Source of the DNA: Octopus sinensis
Lineage: Eukaryota
Length of the DNA: 24,469 nt
Assembly: GCF_006345805.1 (NCBI RefSeq)
Contig: NW_021836359.1
Coordinates: 1 to 24,469 of the forward strand
Reading direction: 5' to 3'
The notes beneath the pieces are model-generated. The model was given only the letters and a program-made list of their open reading frames with translations, made no database searches and was not told where the DNA came from. Shown one piece after another: positions 1 to 10,009 of the stretch (the stretch's first letter is position 1; each line of letters opens with the position of its first letter). The translations under genes were made by a program, and so were the position numbers.

Positions 1-479
1 TTTTTTCACAGCGGGGGTTTCCTTGACAAGGCAGGCTTAAATGAACACACACACACATAAAACATAATATATATATATTTTTTTCTTTCTGCCACCCAAC
101 GGTTATCACGGCAGTAGCCACTGACAGCCGAACGATCAAACGCACACACGTACACAAAAAATGTTTTCTACCCCTACGCCAACACACACATATATAGAAC
201 AGTATACACACACACACGTCTCTAAGTAGATTTTTTCTCGCCCCTTATAAAACATCCAATATTCCTTAAATAGTCAGAACTTTATTCTCGGTCACAAAGA
301 CATCTATACACCCTCACCCACATGATTGACCGATGCCTGACCCGTTGAATTCTTCAGCCACCGGTTCTCAACATACACTGATAAACAGTTTCGCCATGGG
401 CTCTTAGGAGCATAGTTCGATTTGTTTTTGTTTTTGCTCCGCCTCTGTTCTGTTTTTGTTTTTCCAACGGATTTCCTTT

Positions 480-567
480 TTTCTTCCTGAAGAGAAAGAC
501 ACAATATGGTCCCATTATTCAATCGGATTTTGGTAATTTGTGCCTTTCGAACACGTGTAGAATGAAA
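480..567 (+). ncRNA. Minimal type I hammerhead ribozyme motif, family A (degenerate: GAA instead of GAAA)
   Basis: Stem I tttcttc/gaatgaaa; core CTGAAGA at 487-493; stem II gaaag...ctttc with inner cacaa/ttgtg pairing; GAA then palindromic stem III acacgtgt; GUA triplet. One A is missing from the GAAA core. Confidence 0.6.
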
Positions 568-781
568 TAAAACGATTTCTGTTCAATCTGCGTTCAGCTC
601 CATTTCTTCAATTCACCAATAATGTTTTAATTTCAATTATCCGCACCAACGCACGGTTGCAACGCCAGATGGTTGTACCTCCAACCGTGCTGTTTACCGC
701 TGTGATTTTTGCTACTAAGGTATCGGTTAAACTTTTGATTAATCTACTACAAGATTATTCATCTTTCTATTTCACATAAAT

Positions 782-790
782 TATATATAT

Positions 791-830
<40 letters not shown>

Positions 831-840
831 TATATATATT
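782..840. repeat. (TA)n microsatellite
   Basis: Read directly from the sequence. Confidence 0.95.
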
Positions 841-1258
841 TGTTGTGAAAAATTTTGTATGTGAAGTCGTGTGTTGAAACATTGTTGTATTTCGGAAAAT
901 TTATTGGCTAAACTGGCAAAATGACCATTCCGAAATATAACAATAATAATAGCATTAACAATAGAAATAATAATAATAATAAGAATGGTAAAAATAAAAA
1001 TAATAAAAATAATAGTAATAATGATGATAACAATAATAATAACAATATTTATATAAATAGTGATAATAACAATACCAATAATATAGGTAGTATAGATAAA
1101 AGTATGGCAGGTGGGAATGATGGTGAGGATGGATTAATAACTAGTAACCCTAATTTGAATAACAACGTGGTTACTCATAATGAAAGTTATACTAATACTA
1201 ATAATAATTTAAATAACAGTAATCCTTAAATAATTCTAGAACTGAATACTATCCCCCC

Positions 1259-1684
1259 AGTTGTAATTGTAGGATTAGATTAAAATGTCTGGTTTCTGGT
1301 CGTTCTTCGGTCCAAAACGTAATTTATAAATGCACGATAATAACCTCTAACAATAGTTTTCTTTATTTCGGATGTTCGGTGGATCTTAAAAGACGTCTTA
1401 ACAATCATTTTTCCTCTTTTAGACTAAAACATAAGGCAGGTTGCACAGCACTATCTAGCAATATTTGGGAACTAAAAACAAACAATATAGGATTCAACCT
1501 AAAATGGGATATAGTTAGAAGGGCGAAACCTTATAGATATAGTAGGGAAGGTTGTCAACTTTGTTCGATGGAAACTTATGAAATTTTAAAACATCAGAGT
1601 AATATAAATCTGTTAAATAATCGTCTGGAGTTGGGATGATCTTGTATACATTCCACAACCCGAACGTTTAAATACTTTAAATAA
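1259..1684 (+). pseudogene. PLE GIY-YIG endonuclease domain, decayed
   Basis: Translates as SCNCRIRLKCLVSGRSSVQNVIYKCTI...LYFGCSVDLKRRLNNHFSSF...TALSSNIWELK...WDIV...CQLCSMETYEI...LLNNRLELG*SCIH. Shows VIY/YFG (GIY-YIG), the CxC and CxLCxxE Cys motifs, and the LLN motif. In-frame TGA at 1637; frameshifted relative to the upstream Asn-rich ORF. Confidence 0.88.
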
Positions 1685-2254
1685 AAATTGTGAGTATTCC
1701 TATATTTTTCAAATTTTAACTTTTTATTATAATAATAATAAGAAATATACTATGCTAGCTTTCAATTTAACTTTCATAGATGACTAAGAAAACTTCACTG
1801 TAAACTTGAAATTGGAATTTTTTCTAAATCTAATCTAGTTTTAAAATGAATAAGGCGTTCCCCCAGTTATAAAATACTATGCCTACTCATAATAATAAGT
1901 GATAGGTTTTTTTCCCTACTCTCTGTAAAAGGGATTAATGACCATTTGACATTGACCTAGTTTCTCTCACCAAATAGCAGTAATTGGCATTTTGTTAGTG
2001 GCAACTACTGTCTTCAACTTGAATTCCTTTTATGTTATTCTGAAACCTCCTTTACCCCATTCCTACAACTAAAAAATCTTTATTACTTCTAACCTTATAG
2101 CAGTTAGATACAGCCATAGCTTGGTCAGTCAGTGGTTGGACTTCACTACCTCATACATTCTTAAAATTTAAATCTACATCTTTGTCTGTATATCTACCTT
2201 CTCTATAATGTTGCTACTTGATTTGAAAGCTTTTATATTAATGGAAAATCTATT

Positions 2255-2347
2255 TAATTGGCTGATGAGCACTCAGCATCTTAAATCTGTTGTAATACTT
2301 GCAACTTTTAATAAAATGATGTAGTGCGAAACAATTGTACCAAATTA
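2255..2347 (+). ncRNA. Type I hammerhead ribozyme in the PLE1 pseudo-LTR, family B, intact core
   Basis: Stem I taattgg/ccaaatta; CTGATGA 2262-2268; stem II gcact (2269-2273)/agtgc (2323-2327) enclosing a ~49 nt structured insert; GAAA 2328-2331; palindromic stem III acaattgt; GUA cleavage triplet 2337-2339. Confidence 0.88.
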
Positions 2348-2526
2348 CCGGAGTCATTCTTGTTGCTTATTTTGATTATAATCACCCCGCAAATTTTTAT
2401 GGATAACGCCATACAAAATTCTGCTGCATCTAAATTAAGTACCATATTCATTCGAATCTAAATTTTTGCTGAACTTATAATTCCATATATTGTATATGCT
2501 TTCCGGTACTTAACTTCTCAACAAGA

Positions 2527-4264
2527 ATGAAAAAGGTAAACATAGAGTTTTCCCCAAAGGATATCCCCTTACATAGTAAGGACGAATACATATGACTGTT
2601 GATCCACAGAACCAATGAATTTATCCGAAGAATTAGATGGATTATTTACCATTACGATACCAAACAGAAAAAAGCCCCTCAACTAACACACCTGGATAAT
2701 CGCTACAAAAAGATTTTTAGAAGTAGGAAGAGCCCACCTCCGAATCCATTGCTTGAAAGCTTTGAAAAAGATCTACTGAACTTTATCGCAAATATAAAAT
2801 TCAAGGAACATCCACTGAGATACAATCCACACCTTAAATATCTAAAGGATTTCATTAAATCTGTTCAACATAAGCAGGACATCCTAGTCCCAGCCAACAA
2901 AACTGGAAACCTTTACAGAATGGATTATGCGACTTACAGCAAACTCATTAGAAAGGAACTAAACTTAAGGTATAAAGTAACAACCAAGAAAAACTTGAGA
3001 GAGATCAATTTAGAAATCAAAAAATTTATGGTGAATTACGATCTGACCGATAGAACGGAGCCTCTTAAACCATGTGAATCCAGGATTAATCTTGAGGCCC
3101 ATAAGAAAAATTTCTCAGAAAACCTCTCGGTAAGACTCATATGTCCAACCAAGTCGGACATTGGCCGACTTAGCAAATCTATTTTGGACAATATTCTACC
3201 CCGTATAATTCCTAATCTCCCCTTGAGTCTATGGATTAATACAGATGAAGTGATAGATTGGTTTAAATCTCTAGATAACACTAATAGAATTTCTTTTATC
3301 CAATTTGATATTAACAATTACTATTCTAGTATATCCCCCATTCTACTAAATAAATCGTTTATTTTTGCTATGAATCGCTCTCTCATATCTAGGGAGGAAG
3401 TTGACATCATCCTATTAGCTAGAAAAACTATCATCGAATTTGAAGGTAAATTATGGACTAGGGCAGATACCCCTAATAATTTTGATATACCTATGGGCTC
3501 CATTGACTCAACGGAGATAACGAATCTGGTGGGAGCATACATATTAAAATGCATAAACAGAGATATTCCTGAGTTACAAGGTGGTCTATATAGAGATGAT
3601 TCTTTGTTCGTTGTACCTAGCAATAGTAAATCAAGTATTGAGAGAAAAAAAAAGAAAATTAAATTTTTTTAAAGATTTTAACCTAGGCATTTTAAAGATT
3701 TTAACCTAGGCGCAGGAGTGGCTGTGTGGTAAGTAGCTTGCTAACCAACCACATGGTTCCGGGTTCAGTCCCACTGCGTGGTACCTTGGGCAAGTGTCTT
3801 CTGCTATAGCCCCGGGCCGACCAATGCCTTGTGAGTGGATTTGGTAGATGGAAACTGAAAGAAGCCCGTCGTATATATGCGTATGTATGTTTGTGTGTCT
3901 GTGTCTGTCCCCCTAGCATTGTTTGACAACCGATGCTGGTGTGTTTACGTCCCCGTCACTTAGCGGTTCGGCAAAAGAGACCGATAGAATAAGTACTGGG
4001 CTTACAAAAGAATAAGTCCCGGGGTCGAGTTGCTCGATTAAAGGCGGTGCTCCAGCATGGCCGCAGTCAAATGACTGAAACAAGTAACAGAGTAAAAAGA
4101 GTAAAGAGGCATTACTTATGAACCTAACACTTAGATAGTTAATTTCCTAGACGTTACCTTGGACCTAAATTCAAAGTTACATTACCCATTTAGAAAGGAG
4201 GGCGAGGTCACTAGATATGTAAGTAAGTCATCTAATCACCCCCCGAATATACTAAAATCATTAG
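2527..4264 (+). pseudogene. PLE reverse transcriptase, decayed and SINE-interrupted
   Basis: MKKVNIEFSPKDIP...; in-frame TGA at 2593; motifs ANKTGN, VRLICPTKSDIG, IQFDINNYYSSI, FDIPMGSIDSTEITNLVG, GLYRDD. Homopolymer frameshift at ~3670. Resumes after the SINE as [19 protein letters not shown]...[16 protein letters not shown] (4108-4263). Confidence 0.9.
3708..4106 (+). mobile_element. tRNA-derived SINE, full length (probable Nin/Deu-type central domain, LINE-derived tail)
   Basis: A box tggctgtgtgg, B box ggttcagtccc, central ccttgtgagtggatttggtagatggaaactgaaagaagcccgtcg, tail ccagcatggccgcagtcaaatgactgaaac plus (agtaaa) repeats. TSD aggcatt at 3685-3691 and 4107-4113. Second copy at 23707-24094. 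Confidence 0.9.
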
Positions 4265-4287
4265 TTATATCAATATTATTATTATTA

Positions 4288-5245
4288 TAATGATATGAGA
4301 GGTGAGTGAGATTGGACGGTAATTCACGGCAAGCGATTTGTTTCCTTTTTTGAAAACTGGGACAACAGACTGGGATAGAAGGTCTTCTGGTATATATCCA
4401 GCATCCAGTGAGTTCCGCCACGGATTGGCTAGAGGGGGTGCAAGTTGGTGTTGACACATCTTCAAGACACAAGCAGGGAACCTATCGGGACCTACTGCTG
4501 AATTATGCTTCATTTCCTTTATTGCTTCTATGACATCAGGGGCGCCAAAGGTTATGTCCGATAAGGTGTATTGGGGAGTAACATTACTGATACAACCCAG
4601 ATCAGCCATATCAGGATTGCTGAAAACAGAGCAGTATTGTTTCTGCAGCATCTCTCCCATAGTTTTGGCATTGTCTTGAAGAGTACCATTTTCATCATTC
4701 AAAGGGCCAACAGTAGAGCCAGTGACTTTGCGTTTCTGTTTTGCAACTGAAAAGAACACTTTGGGATAAAGTTTGATCTTCTCAATGGCCCAGGCCTCTT
4801 CAGCTCTTCTCTGACTATTGATGATAGACATCATGTCGTTTTGGAGGTTATGTTTTTTAATCTCTAGTGATGTGATGGAAGTCAGGTTGGTGTGTTGCTG
4901 TTGACAGTATTTCAGCTTGTTGATTTTTTTGTTAATTCTTTTAATTTTCCCGATGAATGTTTTTCTATTTCTAGGGATTCTGCACTTAGATTTGTTTACA
5001 GATCTTAATGGGGTGTGTTTTGCACATATGTTTGTAATGGTGTCTACATTTGACTGCCAGGACTTTTTGATGTTAGTGGGTGTGTATGTGTGCGTGAAGG
5101 ACCAATTGACATGTGCAAGATCATTACTGATCGCTTCCCAGTTTGCTTTGTGGAAATCCATAGTGTCAAATGGATGGACAGGAGGGATGATGTTTGTTTT
5201 GCATTTTGGCCGGTGAAATCTCAGATCACAGAGAACCATGTCATG

Positions 5246-5246
<1 letters not shown>
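4288..5246 (-). mobile_element. CR1-like LINE ORF2 internal fragment (end of APE domain to start of RT)
   Basis: ORF reads HDMVLCDL...DFHKANWEAI...IKLYPKVFFS...VGPLNDENG...SAVGPDRFPACVLK...VVPVFKKGNKSLAVNYRPISLTSH. The N-terminal YIYI run and C-terminal IIII run are microsatellite, not protein. Confidence 0.88.

Positions 5247-5310
<64 letters not shown>
5247..5310. repeat. (TA)n microsatellite
   Basis: Read directly from the sequence. Confidence 0.95.
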
Positions 5311-5386
5311 TCATATAAGAATTTTTTTGCGTAATAAGATAAAAAAACCAAGGCTGTATAGATATTCGAGCATTTATAGATAGAAG

Positions 5387-5438
5387 GTCTTACAGCTGTT
5401 TCTAGGATATTAATTAATAATATCCCTTCATCGAAGAC
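5387..5438 (-). ncRNA. Minimal type I hammerhead motif at the PLE2 3' end, family C (variant core UCGAUGA)
   Basis: Minus strand reads gtct TCGATGA ag ggatatta ttaat taatatcc ta GAA acagctgt A agac. Stem I gtct/agac, stem II ggatatta/taatatcc, palindromic stem III, GUA triplet. Confidence 0.72.
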
Positions 5439-6469
5439 GGTGTGAGAAGAAAAATTAAGTCATAGTTAGTTTCGATGTGATACAAATAGAGAGTGAGGTG
5501 GAGGAAAGAAATTAGATGTAAGATATGTGTAGGTGTTGAATTTGTAAATCCGTTTTATAGGCATAATGGTATATATGCGATATTCCAATATCCCTTGAGT
5601 AAAATTCAAAAGTCCGACAGACTCATATGAGTCCTTCCAAATATAGAGTTTATAAGCAATGTAAGATTCTCTTAAACTTGGTCATTCCCAGTAGGGAATT
5701 TATATAGAGTGTAGTAGAGTCAAGGTTTGTATTTGAAATAACCTGGAAATAGGGAGTGTATTAGTATGGTTAAATTGAAAACAGGAAGAGAGGAATGAAA
5801 TAAAGAGAAAAAATGAAAAGAGGAGAGAAAGAAAGAAGGAAAGAGAAAGGAGAGAGAAGATTAGTAAAAGTAATAAAAAAAAAATAAAGAATAAAAACCC
5901 TGAAGATATGAATAAACCACAATAAAGAAAAACGAAAAATTAAGAATAGGTCAGTCAGTGGTCAGTGGAGATAATTTGAAAGTAGGAATGGGGATAGAGA
6001 GAGAAAGGTATTATAGTGTAAAAGATAGAAGAATGGGGGTGGTTAAGAGGTAGAGGAAAGACCAATGTGTAGTAGTAGCTTCTAATTGCGAGGCAAATAT
6101 ATGAAGAATTAAGGAAATAGCAGTGTTAAGTAGTCTGAGAAAATACATATGAAGATGTATATACATGTATATATCAGATAAGTTACAAATACAATCCTTA
6201 TTCGCATGTGTATGCCTTCTTACACGCTCACTTATACATTCATCTACATGAATCATCGCCCCCGCATATGCATTTTTATATACCTTGCATGTGTACATAT
6301 GTTTACATATACCCACATGTATGCATATATGCACATATATACGCGCACATGGGTGTGTGCGCGTATATATGAATTCGAATATAATCAGATGGTTGCATAT
6401 GTGAGAAACTAGATAGGGATTATGAGTTAGAGTGTAACATTTATAGGTTAATGGGATTACCTAAGAATT

Positions 6470-6870
6470 ATTGGGGAAATGTACTGTATGGTCATTCTGG
6501 CATTTGGATTTGTGACAGAATTTAAATGTGTGATAAAAGCGGTAGTTGCATGTGCTTAGTGCCTCGTTATGTTTATTAAGCAGTGTTGGAGAGTTGAGTC
6601 TAGTATGGACCATGATAGAGTATAGGGTATATTTGCATTTTTGAGATGATGTATGTGGTTGGCGAGTGTTGTAGATTTACTATGTTTATCGTATCTAAAA
6701 GAGTGGAGATGAGTGGCATATCATTGCTTAAAATTTTTTGTTGATCCTATGTATATGGCTGTAGAGTTGTGTAATCGGTTGAGGACCGTGCATTTGTAGA
6801 TTACATTATATCTTCTGCAATGGGTTTGTAGCGGTCAGGTGGTTCCAAGACGGCAATTACAATTAGGTGA
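6470..6870 (-). pseudogene. PLE GIY-YIG endonuclease domain, decayed
   Basis: My translation of the minus strand: SPNCNCRLGTT*PLQTHCRRYNVIYKCTVLNRLHNSTAIYIGSTKNFKQ*YATHLHSFRYDKHSKSTTLANHIHHLKNANIPYTLSWSIL. Homologous to 1259-1684, with two in-frame TGA codons. The 3' boundary is approximate. Confidence 0.85.
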
Positions 6871-6948
6871 CTTTTGAGGACCGTGTTCGGTAACTGAGGA
6901 GGTAGTATCATCAGAAGAGAGGTTATAGAAGGGGGTAAAAATTTCTAT

Positions 6949-6955
6949 ATTATTA

Positions 6956-7047
<92 letters not shown>

Positions 7048-7058
7048 ATTATTATTAA
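6949..7058. repeat. (ATT)n microsatellite within the PLE2 RT-EN linker
   Basis: Read directly; it is (AAT)n, i.e. poly-Asn coding potential, on the element strand. Confidence 0.9.
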
Positions 7059-7199
7059 CGTTATCATTACTATCACCGCCACTACTACTATTGTTACTGT
7101 TACTTCTGCTATTTGTCGGGGCATTAGAGATTATGGTGGTATTCCGGGCAGTGTTAGTAGAATGGGTTGGGTTGTGGTTGTGATCAAATGTAAGGATAT

Positions 7200-8478
7200 C
7201 TATGCTAGATATGTATGTGTGTTGATTATTTGTATTAATAGAGTTGTAGTTATGTGAGCTTTGATAGTAAAGAGAGAGAGCTTTTGCTTATTCGAGGCTG
7301 CTACAATAGATTCAAAGTTAGGTGAGTTTGAATAAGATAGTTTCAGGGTGGAGCTATTAAAGATAGAATGATATTTATGTTGTCGAGGGAAGTTAGAGTC
7401 TAGTATTCTAAAGAAGGATTTAGCTAAGTTCTTAACGTTAAGTGAGAATGGTGGTGTGTACCATAAAATAGAGCAATAGCCACTTTTTTTAGGGGGTCTG
7501 GGAATAGAGCTATCTAAATTGTTAGATAAATGAGTGTTATCTAACTTTTTGTGTAGGGTGTGTGGCAAGCGAGGCCTGTTATTGTTAGCTGTTTTATTTG
7601 TTTTAGTATTTGACCTGTTGTTAAATGAATGTGTGTGGGGTCTACGTTGTCTGGGTGCAATAGCTTCCATGGTCTCATCGACTGTGTGTGTTTGGTTGCG
7701 CTTATGATGGTTGTTGCGTGTTTGAGATGTGATTTGAGATATGTATTGATTGAGCCTGGTTTTCTGGATGTATTCTATTTGTTGGCAGAAGCCGTTAGCA
7801 GCGACTGCTTGATTACAATATGGTGCGTGATTATTGAAGATTTCTTCAGTGGAAGAGATGTCAGATATGCGGGTTGAGATTCCTTTGATTATATTATTAA
7901 AAGTGGATTTGTGGTGATTGGAATGGATGTTAAGGTATTTAAAGTACTGATTAGGTTTGTGGTAAGGGGAGTATTGGGATGTTGATAAGTTTAGGGTTGC
8001 GTTCATAAAATTAGCAGTTTTGTGAGCGTTTTCGAATGTGATAGATAGGTTCAGGTTAGAAAAGAATTTATGTAGGTCTTTTCTGGTTCTTTCTAAGGAT
8101 GATTTATTTATGCTTTTAGTAATTAATAAAGCGTCGTCCCTATATAGGCCTCTCTTGATATTAGGGAAGTGCCTGTGGAGCTGGTGTAGTATATAAAGTC
8201 CAACTAAGTCATTGACCTGAGCTGAATCCGAGGATCCCATGGTTATGTCGAATAGGTTGCTACGGTTGATGCTATGGTTATTGGTCCGGCACCATAGTTT
8301 GCTATCAAAAGGAATAAGGGTATTGCGGGCATTAAGTATAATGTTAATTTCAAGTGGGTTTAGGTTAGTAGAGAAGAGCTTGATTAAGTAATTTAGGAGA
8401 AATAAAAGATTAATAGTTGTTTATATCAAATTGTAAAAATGAATATGCTTTTTTGTTATTTATATGATTTAACCATGC
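7200..8478 (-). pseudogene. PLE reverse transcriptase, 5'-truncated and decayed
   Basis: YSFLQFDINNY*SFIS near 8400-8450; ORF 7200-8240 has MGSSDSAQVNDLVGLY, GLYRDDALL, ANFMNATLNL, YLNIHSNH, ILWYTPPFSLNV, HKYHSIFNSSTLKLSYS. Confidence 0.9.
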
Positions 8479-8489
8479 AATCAATCAAT

Positions 8490-8527
<38 letters not shown>

Positions 8528-8529
<2 letters not shown>

Positions 8530-8672
8530 TCATCATCATCATCATCATTTAGCGTCCGTTCTCCATGCTAGCATGGGTTGGACGGTTCAACTGGGGTCTG
8601 TGAAGCTGGAAGGCTTCATCAGGCCCAGTCAGATCTGGCAGTGTTTCTACGGCTGGATGCCCTTCCTAACGC
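8528..8672 (-). mobile_element. 5'-truncated SINE (Meta-domain-like) with (ATG)n tail
   Basis: Minus strand gcgttaggaagggcatccagccgtagaaa...gcatggagaacggacgctaaa(tga)n. The GGAAGGGCATCCAGCCGTA motif resembles the MetaSINE central domain, recognised from memory. Confidence 0.7.
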
Positions 8673-8728
8673 ATAATATATAATATATAATATATAATCA
8701 AAATAAGCAACAAGGATATCCAGAGGTA

Positions 8729-8817
8729 ATGCAGTACGATCGTTTCATGCGACTCCATTTAATTGAACAATGCAAATATTACATCAATTTATAATGTAGA
8801 GCAATCTTCTGTTGCAT
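8729..8817 (-). ncRNA. Type I hammerhead motif, family D (degenerate core CAGAAGA)
   Basis: Minus strand reads atgca a CAGAAGA t tgc...gca t GAA acgatcgt A c tgcat. Stem I atgca/tgcat, long stem II insert, palindromic stem III, GUA triplet. Confidence 0.62.
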
Positions 8818-10009
8818 AAAAATATAGAATTTAGTTAAATTCGAAGTATTCAATTGTATAGTTTTCTTATCCAAAATCACAAAGAGGATAAGTAGATAGA
8901 CAAAGAACATGTTTTATAACATCCCAGAGATTTTTCAAAGGAAGATACTGCTTATCATTGATTATATTTGTTATTCAGATTTACTGGGCGCGGGGGGGGG
9001 GGTTAGTTTTAATTTATAGACTGGTTTATCAAGTCTAATAGAAACTAGAATCTATCCTTTATGGATAGGGTAAAAAGACAGTTTAAGTGGCAGACTCATA
9101 AATCAAGATTTCTTTGAAGTAAAAACCATTTGGTTCAGTAACAATATACTTCAGCTAAGTTTGCTGGCTAAAGCTGATAGGGTAGGGAGAGTAAAACATA
9201 TAGCATTAACCATTTGACAACTATAAAAGCAGTGTTATTTATATATTTATATATACATAGAGTTGTTTTTAGAGTTGTTTAAAAAGAAACAATAAGAAGT
9301 ATATTTCAGAATATTTTCAGTATTATCAGAAGGATGGGGAATATAGAAATAATTCCATATTTATATATTTCTATACTAACTTAATATATATTTATAGTTA
9401 ATTATTAAATAGTAATTTTTGTTATTAATAAAGGAAAGTTAAGTTAAAAGAATATGTTAAAAATTTATATATTATATGTTAATAATTTTATTTAGAGCAT
9501 ATTTCTTATATTATAAAATAAACAGTGTATTATACCAGTATAGTTTTATATAAGTTGAGTATGAAATTTATAGAGATATATTATAAATAAATAAAATGAT
9601 ATAGTGAGTAAATAGGTAAGAAACTACCCGCTCCTATTCTCTCATCAGACCTCACATTAGCCCACTGGACACCATCTTTGTACAGAAACTCAAAAATGAT
9701 TATAAGGATGGAGACCCTGATGTGAGTGACAGATGTTCATCTGGCCCCTCTGATCGACAAAGGAACACACCCGAAACGAAAACCAAAATCGAGAGACCTG
9801 TTAAGGAAGAAGACACCAGCACTGATGGCCCTACCACAACCAATATCAAAAATGCGAAAGAACCAATAAAGGGTTAGAAAATAAAGATAAAGAAGAAAAG
9901 GGATGACGATAGAAGTAAAACCGAAGCAAAAAACAAAAGAGAGCCCCAAAGTAAAACACAAAAGCCAGACAGTCAACATGCAAAGCTACAAACAGTTAGG
10001 AAGTATACA

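Larger units (their letters stand above)
921..4264 (+). mobile_element. Penelope-like retroelement 1, partial-tandem arrangement (3' part of one copy with EN, 3' UTR and HHR, followed by the 5' part of a second copy with RT)
   Basis: Order is Asn-rich linker 921-1229, GIY-YIG remnant 1259-1684, AT-rich UTR, HHR 2255-2347, then RT ORF from ATG 2527. Interrupted by a SINE and truncated at ~4264. Confidence 0.85.
5315..8480 (-). mobile_element. Penelope-like retroelement 2, 5'-truncated (RT, Asn linker, GIY-YIG, 3' UTR, HHR)
   Basis: On the minus strand: RT 8478-7200, (AAT)n linker, EN 6870-6470, ~1 kb UTR, HHR 5438-5387, ending next to (TA)n. Confidence 0.85.

Noticed and set aside
921-1229. 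Asn-rich 102 aa ORF as a standalone gene
   Set aside because: It is low-complexity (AAT)n sequence in the position of the PLE RT-EN linker.
3036-3623. Minus-strand ORFs of 93 and 100 aa
   Set aside because: Antisense shadows of the PLE RT ORF with no recognisable motifs.
1259-3672. Novel PLE architecture with an N-terminal endonuclease
   Set aside because: The EN ends in a stop and is followed by UTR and HHR, and the homologous EN is C-terminal in PLE2; a partial tandem explains it.
3712-3785. tRNA gene
   Set aside because: A and B boxes are present but continue into a SINE body with tail and TSD, so this is a tRNA-derived head.
3701-3919. ORF similar to those at 23630-24153, suggesting a small gene family
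   Set aside because: They are antisense translations of the same SINE.
8612-8626. CTGATGA on the minus strand as another hammerhead
   Set aside because: No downstream GAAA, stem III or closing stem I; it lies inside the SINE fragment.
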